NCBI GenBank assembly: GCA_013166835.1
Contig: JABLTI010000055.1
Location: 1 to 18,844, forward strand
DNA: 18,844 nucleotides
Direction: 5' to 3'
Source of the DNA: Promethearchaeati archaeon
Lineage (GTDB): Archaea; Asgardarchaeota; Heimdallarchaeia; JABLTI01
Shown: in pieces, positions 8,295-15,721 of the stretch
Layout: the number at the start of each line of letters is the position of its first letter
Numbering within the stretch: position 1 is the stretch's first letter
Program-made: the position numbers and the translations under genes
Notes under the pieces: generated by a model
Databases searched by the model: none
Told to the model about the DNA's origin: nothing
The model's input: only the letters and a program-made list of their open reading frames with translations

Positions 8295-9188
8295 TTTTTC
8301 AAGTATAGCATTAATAAGATCCTCTGGCAATTTACCTTCTTGTGCAGATTTTTTATATGCTGCAGTCATCTTTGGACTAATCTCAAGGGTTTTTTTCAAA
8401 TAGTAAATGGCTTGCTCAATTTTGCCTAGTTCTAAATAAGCAAAACCAATTCCCGTCCAAATATCGAGATATCTTGCTTCTTCCTTATCTTGAATAAATT
8501 TGCCTGCTTTCTCTAGGATTAGTAGTTTTTCTTCTTCATTCGCTGCTTTTAGTTCAGAATTATAACCCCAGAAAACTTGAAGGTTTTTAAACACTCCAAG
8601 AATCCGACCTAACTCTCTAACTGGCTCATCATGATCTTCTATTGTTATATCAATTACAGTATCGCTATCTGCACCTCCTCCTTTTTTCTTAACAAGTAAT
8701 CTAGCACTTTGTTTGCCACGAGCATCCCCTCCAGCATCATCACCAGCTTGTAAAGCTGCGAAAAGTCTCTCCATCAATGAACCCTTAGTATTTTCAAATG
8801 CTAATGTCATTTTCTCAATTACTTTTGGACCAACAAGAATATTTCCTTGACAAGCATAATCCTTGCCAGTTTTATGTCCTGCCCAATAGGTGCAATTTTC
8901 ACCTGTAAATGCATAAGTTTCTCCATTGAATGTTACCATGCCAATCTGTCTACTTTCAATACCATCATCGATTTCTCTGAAGTGTTCCATAATTTGCTCT
9001 ATAGTTTTGTTTTCTTTTAATTGTTCAAAAAAAGCCGAAAGAAGAAATAATCTTCCTTGTGCTTGAGAAGCCATTACACCTTTTTCTGCTTCTACTCGAC
9101 AAACTAATCCCGAGTTCCAAGCACAAGATGCAATAGCAAATCCAACTTCTTTTTCCTTTTTATCTATAGCTACTATTGAAAATGTCAT
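8292..9188 (-). CDS. DUF1028 (Ntn-hydrolase-like) protein with C-terminal TPR
   Basis: MTFSIVA N-terminus, RQIGMV, QGNILVG, GGDARGKQSA and DHDEPVREL motifs. The C-terminal WTGIGFAYLELGKIEQAIYYLKKTLEISP is a TPR. Confidence 0.9.
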   Translation of the reverse strand: MTFSIVAIDKKEKEVGFAIASCAWNSGLVCRVEAEKGVMASQAQGRLFLLSAFFEQLKENKTIEQIMEHFREIDDGIESRQIGMVTFNGETYAFTGENCTYWAGHKTGKDYACQGNILVGPKVIEKMTLAFENTKGSLMERLFAALQAGDDAGGDARGKQSARLLVKKKGGGADSDTVIDITIEDHDEPVRELGRILGVFKNLQVFWGYNSELKAANEEEKLLILEKAGKFIQDKEEARYLDIWTGIGFAYLELGKIEQAIYYLKKTLEISPKMTAAYKKSAQEGKLPEDLINAILEK

Positions 9189-9303
9189 AATCTATTCAAG
9201 CATTAATTTATTTAAAATAATAATTCACATTATGAGGTCACATCTTGTGAGTTGTAAAAAACTGTAATTTTCACTTAATTGTCATTTCACACGTATTGTA
9301 TGC

Positions 9304-9356
9304 TTCAGCGTGCCCTTCACGAACCGGACAGCGAGTCCTGCAAGATGAAGTGTGTG
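9304..9356 (+). repeat. Dispersed repeat copy R9 (middle part, alternative tail)
   Basis: TTCAGCGTGCCCTTCACGAACCGGACAGCGAGTCCTGCAAGATGAAGTGTG aligns without gaps to R3. Confidence 0.88.
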
Positions 9357-9611
9357 CAGTGATACTACATTTTTTTGTTTTTATTCAAAGTACCTCTTCA
9401 CCATCTATCATACAATCATCAACAATATTAAGCAAATTTTCTAATATTCTTATCAATTTATAAGAATTTATTCAATAAAATTTTTGTTCATGAATTCAGC
9501 GTTCTGCTTCAAACTGAAATAACCATCCAAAACAAACACAGCGATAAACTCATTTTATTCAAGACAGAATTTTTTTAAGGAGAAGAGGAATGGTTTATTG
9601 GATGTATTATT

Positions 9612-10790
9612 ATGAAAAAATTTCCTTCATACCTTGGTGTTAAAGCTTTTGGTGTCAAAATCGGTGCTGTTCTCCCACGAGATAATATCGTAGAAGAGGT
9701 CTGTAAAGCAGTTAAAAAATGCCATGAAGACCATCTAATCGATGACCGGGACATCGTTTGTGTTAAGGAGTCAATCGTTGCGCGAGCACAGAATAATTTC
9801 ATCTCTAAGGAAGACATTGGGATAGAAGTTAGGGAAAAATTAAAGCTATCCAAGACGGACACGCTTGGTATACTTTTTCCGATAGCAAGCCGGAATCGGT
9901 TTGTACCTATCTTGGAGGGACTGGTGCTAGCTGTCCCCAAGGGCAAAGTAGTCATCCAATTTTCTTATCCTAGAGATTGTGTGGGAAATCAGATCGCCCC
10001 TGAGGAGTTAGAGGAGCAACTAGGTATCAATCTTAGTAGAGAGGAGATACTTGCAGATCAATTACAAAAATATGATTTTCGTCACCCAGCCACGGGTGTG
10101 AATTATTTGAGCTTATATGAAGAGATCATCAAAAAAGCTGATGTTGAAGCAGAGATTTTTCTATCTAACAACACAAGTAAAATACTCGACCATAAACCAA
10201 ATGGTATCATTGTGGCGTGCATCCATGAAAGGGATAAAGTGCTTGAAAGAATAAATAAGGTTTTTGAAAATGCTATCACGATGCAGGATCTATTCAATGA
10301 TAGCAAAAAAGCAGTCTGGTCGGAGTGGGGGCTTCTCGGAACGAACATGTATTCTGAGGACAAAATAAAGCTACCTCCGAGGGAGTCTTTTAAAGTTGCT
10401 AAGGCCATCCAGAAAGCAATATACAACACTACTGGAAAAAAGGTGGAGGTACTGATATACGGTGATGGAGCGTATATGGATCCTTCAACGGGGATATATG
10501 AGTTGGCTGATCCAGTCTGTTCCTTCGGGCACAGCGACGGGCTGAATAGAAAACGGCAAGGAATAAAATACAAATTTTTTGTTGGTACCTTACATGCCCA
10601 AGGAAAAAAGAAGGGAGAGATTGAAGAAATCATCGATGAACAAAAACAGAAAATGTATGAGATAGATAATATCTCTATGGAGGGCACCACACCCAGAAAA
10701 CTTGAAGACATTGCAAGCAGCTTAGCAGATCTCGTGACTGGTTCCGCAGATGCTGGCACACCCATAGTAATTATTAAAGACCTCTTATAA
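9612..10790 (+). CDS. Coenzyme F420-0:L-glutamate ligase (CofE)-like family protein
   Basis: DIVCVKESIVARAQ, SRNRF, YGDGAYMDP..GIYELADP and GTTPR...SLADLVTGSADAGTPIV, which I recall from the ~400-aa F420-ligase-like family common in anaerobic bacteria. Substrate not determinable. Confidence 0.75.
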   Translation: MKKFPSYLGVKAFGVKIGAVLPRDNIVEEVCKAVKKCHEDHLIDDRDIVCVKESIVARAQNNFISKEDIGIEVREKLKLSKTDTLGILFPIASRNRFVPILEGLVLAVPKGKVVIQFSYPRDCVGNQIAPEELEEQLGINLSREEILADQLQKYDFRHPATGVNYLSLYEEIIKKADVEAEIFLSNNTSKILDHKPNGIIVACIHERDKVLERINKVFENAITMQDLFNDSKKAVWSEWGLLGTNMYSEDKIKLPPRESFKVAKAIQKAIYNTTGKKVEVLIYGDGAYMDPSTGIYELADPVCSFGHSDGLNRKRQGIKYKFFVGTLHAQGKKKGEIEEIIDEQKQKMYEIDNISMEGTTPRKLEDIASSLADLVTGSADAGTPIVIIKDLL

Positions 10791-10800
10791 TAAAAAATGA

Positions 10801-10874
10801 CCCATGGGAGCAGATTTGAACTATTGTCCTCTTGCTTGTAGTACCAGTGTCATAAACGACTAGACCACCCATTT
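10801..10874 (-). pseudogene. Degenerate tRNA-Val(TAC)
   Basis: Minus strand reads AAATGGG TG GTCTAGTCGTTTATGAC A CTGGT AC-TAC-AA GCAAG AGGAC AATAG TTCAAAT CTGCT CCCATGG G. Cloverleaf spacing and D/T-loop motifs are kept, but acceptor (5/7 paired), anticodon and T stems have mismatches. Confidence 0.75.
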
Positions 10875-10897
10875 GTTAGAAGAATAGTTATTTGTAA

Positions 10898-10918
10898 GAG
10901 GGGAATAATCCTCCCCTC
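10898..10918. terminator. GC-rich hairpin, possible terminator
   Basis: GAGGGGA-ATAATCC-TCCCCTC forms a 7-bp stem, with T-rich sequence shortly downstream. Confidence 0.35.
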
Positions 10919-10968
10919 AGAACGTTTCTTCTTTAGATTTTTCACGTCATTGTATTGCCAAGGATTCG

Positions 10969-11056
10969 CTTCAGATGAGATGCTCAGTCAGTAGATACTT
11001 CCTACTTAAGCGTGTTCTTCCCGAACCGGACTGCTAATCTTGAAAGAATAAGTGAG
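10969..11056 (+). repeat. Dispersed repeat copy R10 (left and middle intact, right end replaced)
   Basis: CTTCAGATGAGATGCTCAGTCAGTAGATACTTCCTACTTAAGCGTGTTCTTCCCGAACCGGACTGCTAATCTTGAAAGAATAAGTGAG aligns without gaps to R3 at offset 8761. Confidence 0.93.
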
Positions 11057-11178
11057 ATAAAAAATCATCTTTATTGTTTTAACTACTGATATTTTAACAT
11101 TAATGTCAATTTACGAAGAAAATTAATTAAAATGAATCTATTATATAATTACTTGACAGATGCTAGGTTGAGAATATC

Positions 11179-11634
11179 ATGAGAATGGGGAAAATAACTG
11201 CTAAAGCAGTAATTGAATGTGTAAAAGCAATAAACTATCTTTCATTAGATTCAAGAAAATCAGTTACTTCTGAGAAAGTACATAAGTATCTTAGAATGAG
11301 TTTTGAGTATGTTAATGATGCAATTGAAGTAGCTATAATAATGCAATTTATCAATAATGGTGAATCACTAACATTATCTTCTGCTGGACAGAAATTGATT
11401 AGTTCAACAACAAATCAATCACAAATATTATTCAGAAAACAATTGCTAAAATTGCCAAACATTAATCAATTGATTGTATTAATTTCTGAAGGAAATAGTT
11501 TCGAAGATGCAGTTAATAAAATTATAGTTTCCTATAATATCCAAGGGAAAGAAAAGGAGATATTATATTCTTTTAGAAATTTGATGTTGTTTGCTAATAT
11601 GATTGGACCTGAAGGAACCATAGAAAAGGAATAA
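11179..11634 (+). CDS. Hypothetical protein, probable winged-helix fold
   Basis: 151-aa ORF. AIIMQFI...LTLSSAGQKLI resembles a wHTH wing. No family confidently recognised. Confidence 0.65.
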   Translation: MRMGKITAKAVIECVKAINYLSLDSRKSVTSEKVHKYLRMSFEYVNDAIEVAIIMQFINNGESLTLSSAGQKLISSTTNQSQILFRKQLLKLPNINQLIVLISEGNSFEDAVNKIIVSYNIQGKEKEILYSFRNLMLFANMIGPEGTIEKE

Positions 11635-11677
11635 GCAATGAAAAAAAAATTCTTGATATAATCCTATTCTATAATTA

Positions 11678-11734
11678 TGTCTTGCTGAAATGGTCTTTTA
11701 GCCCTTCAAGAAGAAGTGTGAGTCCTGAGCATCA
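11678..11734 (+). repeat. Dispersed repeat copy R11
   Basis: TAGCCCTTCAAGAAGAAGTGTGAGTCCTGAGCATCA is identical to R3, with a decayed left extension TGTCTTGCTGAAATGGTCTT. Confidence 0.95.
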
Positions 11735-11786
11735 GTTTTTAGGAGCAAGAAATTTAATAGTAATAAAAAAAATAACATAAATTATA

Positions 11787-12824
11787 ATGATCTTAAATAA
11801 TGCTTTAGTCAAGGAAATTATCAATAGTAATTATGATTTGGGTGAGATAGTATCAGTAAATCCTCTAGAATCGGGTCATGAAAGCGATAATATTAAAGTT
11901 ACCACTGAAAGGGGAGATTACGTGATAAAATACTTCCCTCAAGAACCTGAGCATCTCAGAGAGGTAATTATTCTTCAAGATTTGCTTTTTTCAAAGGGAG
12001 TCAAACTTCCACAACCAATCAAAACAATTACCGATGATTTTGTTGTCGAATATAGTCCAACAGAAACCATAGCAATACAATCGTTTGTGTCTGGAGAAGC
12101 CATTGTTTTTCGCGATAAAGATCCTGAGAAAATGTTTAGTTTGATGAGCTGGTTTGGTAAGTGTCTTGGAGAGTTTCATTATCTTTCAAAATCCATAAAC
12201 GAATCCGAAATAAGGCAAAGAATACCGAGAGAGGATTTCTTTGATCAAACTTCCGGGATGCAATGGGTGAAGGAACAATATGAAAAAGCAGAGACGCAAC
12301 TTCCCCAACATGAAAAAAACAAAGCAATTCTAAAGGAATTTGAAATTTACCTGAAAGAAATAGATGAGTTATTCAGTAGTGATATGACATTAGGAATTAT
12401 TCATACTGATTTAAAACCTGGGGATTTCTTTGCTGAAAATAATGAGTTAACTGGTATCCTTGATTTCAATGGAGCGCATTATTCCTACATAATAAATGAA
12501 CTTGGCACTTGGGTCATGTATTCTTCACTCTACAAACCTAAAAATAAAACCAATTTTCAAACATTCATCAAATTTTATTTGGAACACTCAAAAATCCCAA
12601 TGCAAGAACTAATATTCATACCTATGCTTCTGAAAGGGAGAGCTTTCGTTCAATTCTTCTACTTTGCTTACCGTATCCACAATAACATCACTCAAGGACT
12701 TGGTGAAGGTGAAACCAATCTTAAAGGGTTTGAGGATGGAATTAACTTAGTAGAGGCATCTTTGAAAATTCCGAGAACCTACTTCTATGATCTCGCTGTG
12801 CATGTTTTGGAGAAACCAAAGTAG
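11787..12824 (+). CDS. APH / type II homoserine kinase-like phosphotransferase
   Basis: YVIKY, LPQPI, LGEFH, Brenner-type IHTDLKPGDFF and GILDF motifs. Confidence 0.85.
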   Translation: MILNNALVKEIINSNYDLGEIVSVNPLESGHESDNIKVTTERGDYVIKYFPQEPEHLREVIILQDLLFSKGVKLPQPIKTITDDFVVEYSPTETIAIQSFVSGEAIVFRDKDPEKMFSLMSWFGKCLGEFHYLSKSINESEIRQRIPREDFFDQTSGMQWVKEQYEKAETQLPQHEKNKAILKEFEIYLKEIDELFSSDMTLGIIHTDLKPGDFFAENNELTGILDFNGAHYSYIINELGTWVMYSSLYKPKNKTNFQTFIKFYLEHSKIPMQELIFIPMLLKGRAFVQFFYFAYRIHNNITQGLGEGETNLKGFEDGINLVEASLKIPRTYFYDLAVHVLEKPK

Positions 12825-12874
12825 CGTTATTATTCTTCAAAAGCTTCATATTCTGTTAACAATAATGAAAATAT

Positions 12875-13714
12875 ATGTCAAAATGGCCTGATGCTATCCC
12901 TCGAGAGTCAAACAAAAACCTAGAGGAAATTGAGAGCATCTCAAACTGGTTTGCAATTTATAGAATAAACAAAGATACTTTCGCCTTATTGGAACCATTT
13001 CACATTGAAGAAGTTGTTTCTTATCTGTTTATTGGTGAAGAGCAAGCCTTACTGTTTGATACAGGAATGGGTGTTGTTAGTATTAAACAAGAAGTTGAAG
13101 CTCTTACTGAGAAGGAATTAATTGTCTTAAATAGTCACTCCCACTATGATCATGTTGGAGGAAATTATGAATTCACGAATGTTTGGGCTTTCAACAATGA
13201 TTGGGAAATAAAACGAATGAAAAACGGTGATTATTCACAGAAGAGGTTCAAGAATTTTGAGGACTCAAATATTTGTACTGATTTGCCAAGTGGTTTTGAT
13301 AAGAATAGCTATCACATCAAACCTTCAGTAGTTTCCAAGATAATTAAGGATCAAGAGAGAATAGATCTCGGGAATCGAAAGCTAATTATTCATCACACAC
13401 CTGGTCATAGTCCAGCTAGCATCTGCATACAAGATTACCAATACAAGTTATTATTTACAGGTGATACTTTGTATCCCGGAGAAATGTACCTTGATCTTGA
13501 AGGATCCGATTTTGACATTTATATCAAATCAATAAACTACCTAAATGATTTGTATGAAGAATTACTCTTTCTTTGTCCCGGACACAATGAAGCTCTTATC
13601 TCAAGAGATTATTTGCGAGACTTCAAGAATGCTTGTGAAAAAGTCAAATCAATAATACCTCAAAACCCTCCTCATAGAAATATCGATTTTGGTAATTTTA
13701 GTATCAGTTTTTAG
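12875..13714 (+). CDS. Metallo-beta-lactamase-fold hydrolase
   Basis: LFDTG, SHSHYDHVGG, HTPGHS, LFTGD and CPGH metal-binding motifs. Confidence 0.92.
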   Translation: MSKWPDAIPRESNKNLEEIESISNWFAIYRINKDTFALLEPFHIEEVVSYLFIGEEQALLFDTGMGVVSIKQEVEALTEKELIVLNSHSHYDHVGGNYEFTNVWAFNNDWEIKRMKNGDYSQKRFKNFEDSNICTDLPSGFDKNSYHIKPSVVSKIIKDQERIDLGNRKLIIHHTPGHSPASICIQDYQYKLLFTGDTLYPGEMYLDLEGSDFDIYIKSINYLNDLYEELLFLCPGHNEALISRDYLRDFKNACEKVKSIIPQNPPHRNIDFGNFSISF

Positions 13715-14259
13715 TAATTTGAATTCTTATTTACAATCGTTTGTATTTTCTTAATTAATATAGCTAGATCTTCTTTCTGTTCAATGTTAAATTCATTTAC
13801 AATGATACTCTTCTCTTTGTGTTGCTCTAAATACTTGAAGATAAGAGGGCGATATTCTTCATGAAATAATCTTATCACTTTAAAATTATCTTCGATATCC
13901 CCTTCGTAAGAACAGTTTTCGCTAACGTAAGGATTTGGTCTGATTTTTTCCTCATCCATTCGTTGTTGTGCGTGTTTGAAGCAGGTCTCTAGCAGTGGAT
14001 CTATGAAGATAATTATCTCAGCTCGTTCAAATCGACTATCATAAGTTGATTTGTAAGCAACACCGTCTAGTATCCATTGTTCTTTATCAATGATTTCTTG
14101 ATGTTTGGCTACGAATTCCTCTTCTGGGGTTCTTTCCCATCCTGGCTTCCAGAGGATTTTATCAAGATGATAGACTGGCAATTGTAATTCTTTCCCAAGT
14201 AGAACTGCTAATGTAGATTTACCCGCCCCGGAATTTCCCATAATTGTTATTCTCGTCAT
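13711..14259 (-). CDS. FlaR / topology-modulation-like P-loop kinase
   Basis: ITIMGNSGAGKSTLA, YHLDKILWKPGW and WILDG. Start moved to ATG 14259 (MTRITIMG). Confidence 0.85.
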   Translation of the reverse strand: MTRITIMGNSGAGKSTLAVLLGKELQLPVYHLDKILWKPGWERTPEEEFVAKHQEIIDKEQWILDGVAYKSTYDSRFERAEIIIFIDPLLETCFKHAQQRMDEEKIRPNPYVSENCSYEGDIEDNFKVIRLFHEEYRPLIFKYLEQHKEKSIIVNEFNIEQKEDLAILIKKIQTIVNKNSNY

Positions 14260-14373
14260 TTCTTTCTTTTCCAATTTTTTACAAAAATAACTAATTCTCA
14301 AATTAGGTTTTCGTTTATTTAAACAATATTGAGATTTCTCTTCAGCTTCTTTTAATTAAAAGTAGCAAAAAAA

Positions 14374-14420
14374 GAAACAGACTTCAAGCCCTTCATGAAG
14401 AAGTGTGAGTCCTGGGCATC
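14374..14420 (+). repeat. Dispersed repeat copy R12
   Basis: GAAACAGACTTCAAGCCCTTCATGAAGAAGTGTGAGTCCTGGGCATC. Confidence 0.92.
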
Positions 14421-14434
14421 CTATGGATAATCCC

Positions 14435-15100
14435 TTACTCATCTTTAATTTGAATTGGTTGTTTTGCGAGAGTGACTCGAGAGCTAATTTCAATACTGTT
14501 GATGTAATAGACTGCACCTACGACCTCTGTTCCGTGGCCAATCGTCACGTCCCGACCCTTAACATCCCCTGCAACAAAAGTCTTTTTGATATTAACTTCA
14601 TTATCAGCAACAATGTTGCCATGAACTTTATATGGATGTTTAATAGGACGTCTGTCTATAGGCCTGCCGATAAACACGTCTTCTGCCTTGATATTTCCTT
14701 CAACAGTTGTATTTCCACGTAAAATTACCTCTTTTTTAGACATGAGGTTTCCTTGGATATTTGTTAAGCCAGAAATTTTAACCCCTTCAAGAGCTTCTAA
14801 TTGTTTCCCTGTTTTTAGCGTTCCTGACTTTGAATATTTTCCTTCAATGAGAATTCCACCGTCAATAGTAGTTGATCCCGCTGATCTTGCATCTCCTTCA
14901 ACGGTAAGAGAACCTTTTAGTCTAAATGTTCCAGAACATTGAAAATCTCCAAGAACAGATAAATCCCCTGACCCTTTTAAGCTGCCTGAAGATTTAAATT
15001 CCTCACATTCCAAATTCCCATTTATTCTCGTTGAACCAGATGCAACGAGACTTTCATTTATTTTTCCTTCCGGAAGTGTTGATGAACCAGATACTCTCAT
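14435..15100 (-). CDS. Polymer-forming cytoskeletal (bactofilin-like, YhbE/YhbF-type) beta-helix protein
   Basis: Repeated SGS/xxxGxL and IxGNI beta-solenoid units along the whole 221 aa. AGGAG lies upstream. Confidence 0.8.
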   Translation of the reverse strand: MRVSGSSTLPEGKINESLVASGSTRINGNLECEEFKSSGSLKGSGDLSVLGDFQCSGTFRLKGSLTVEGDARSAGSTTIDGGILIEGKYSKSGTLKTGKQLEALEGVKISGLTNIQGNLMSKKEVILRGNTTVEGNIKAEDVFIGRPIDRRPIKHPYKVHGNIVADNEVNIKKTFVAGDVKGRDVTIGHGTEVVGAVYYINSIEISSRVTLAKQPIQIKDE

Positions 15101-15174
15101 TTTCTTATCTCCTTGATTTACTTATAGATTGTCTAATCATTATAATTAAGGTATGGAATTCATTAGTTCTGATA

Positions 15175-15214
15175 TTCTAAACCTTCAAGTTGCAGTGGGA
15201 GTCCTGAGCATCAA
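15175..15214 (+). repeat. Dispersed repeat copy R13 (its TCA is the stop of the next gene)
   Basis: TTCTAAACCTTCAAGTTGCAGTGGGAGTCCTGAGCATCAA. TCA at 15211-15213 is the TGA stop of 15211..15660(-). Confidence 0.88.
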
Positions 15215-15660
15215 TATATAGTTATTTTTTGTTTTTTCGCTAAGTCGAGTAAGTGTTGGTATTGCCAAATTCTTTCATCGGCAATAACGGTTGCTGCATA
15301 ATTGGCAGCATGGATAGCGTGACCCGCAACATGGGCGGTTGCTGCTGCGTGTCCTGCTGCACGAGCAACTGCACGTGCATCACATTCTTCAATATCACGG
15401 GCAGCAGCGTGAGCAGCGAATGCAGTAGTACGAACCTCCCCTACAGATAGCTTACCATGCACCCAAGCTCGTCCTGCTTCTATTGCTTTTCTAGGTCGAT
15501 CATCTTTCGGATACTTTTCTTCAAAATATGATAATATATGCTCCGCACAGTCAGTCGCCCAGATTACTAATGTTCTGTGGTCTATTTTACTCGTTAACTC
15601 TGTGATTGCATTTTTTATGTCCTCTTCCCCTTTTTTATCAACAAAATTAACTTTTTTCAA
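15211..15660 (-). CDS. Imm5-like putative immunity protein
   Basis: WATDCAEHIL..FE...P.DDRPRKAIEAGRAW..G followed by the Ala-rich AFAAHAAAR...ARAAGHAAATAHV..HA pattern. Confidence 0.85.
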   Translation of the reverse strand: MKKVNFVDKKGEEDIKNAITELTSKIDHRTLVIWATDCAEHILSYFEEKYPKDDRPRKAIEAGRAWVHGKLSVGEVRTTAFAAHAAARDIEECDARAVARAAGHAAATAHVAGHAIHAANYAATVIADERIWQYQHLLDLAKKQKITIY

Positions 15661-15721
15661 TCTAATCCTCTTTATAATTGTGTAAGTAAATTTGAATAAT
15701 ATATGCTTTTTTTCATTTTGA

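Noticed and set aside
9575-10765. Antisense ORFs 9575..9955 and 10103..10765, and similar shadows at 2804, 3910, 5669, 6144, 6200, 11991, 12136, 14405, 14688, 15253, 16326 and 17928
   Set aside because: They lie opposite well-supported genes and have no recognisable motifs.
11946-11955. CCTGAGCATC inside the phosphotransferase gene
   Set aside because: Only 10 nt match within coding sequence (PEH), with no convincing flanking similarity. Likely chance.
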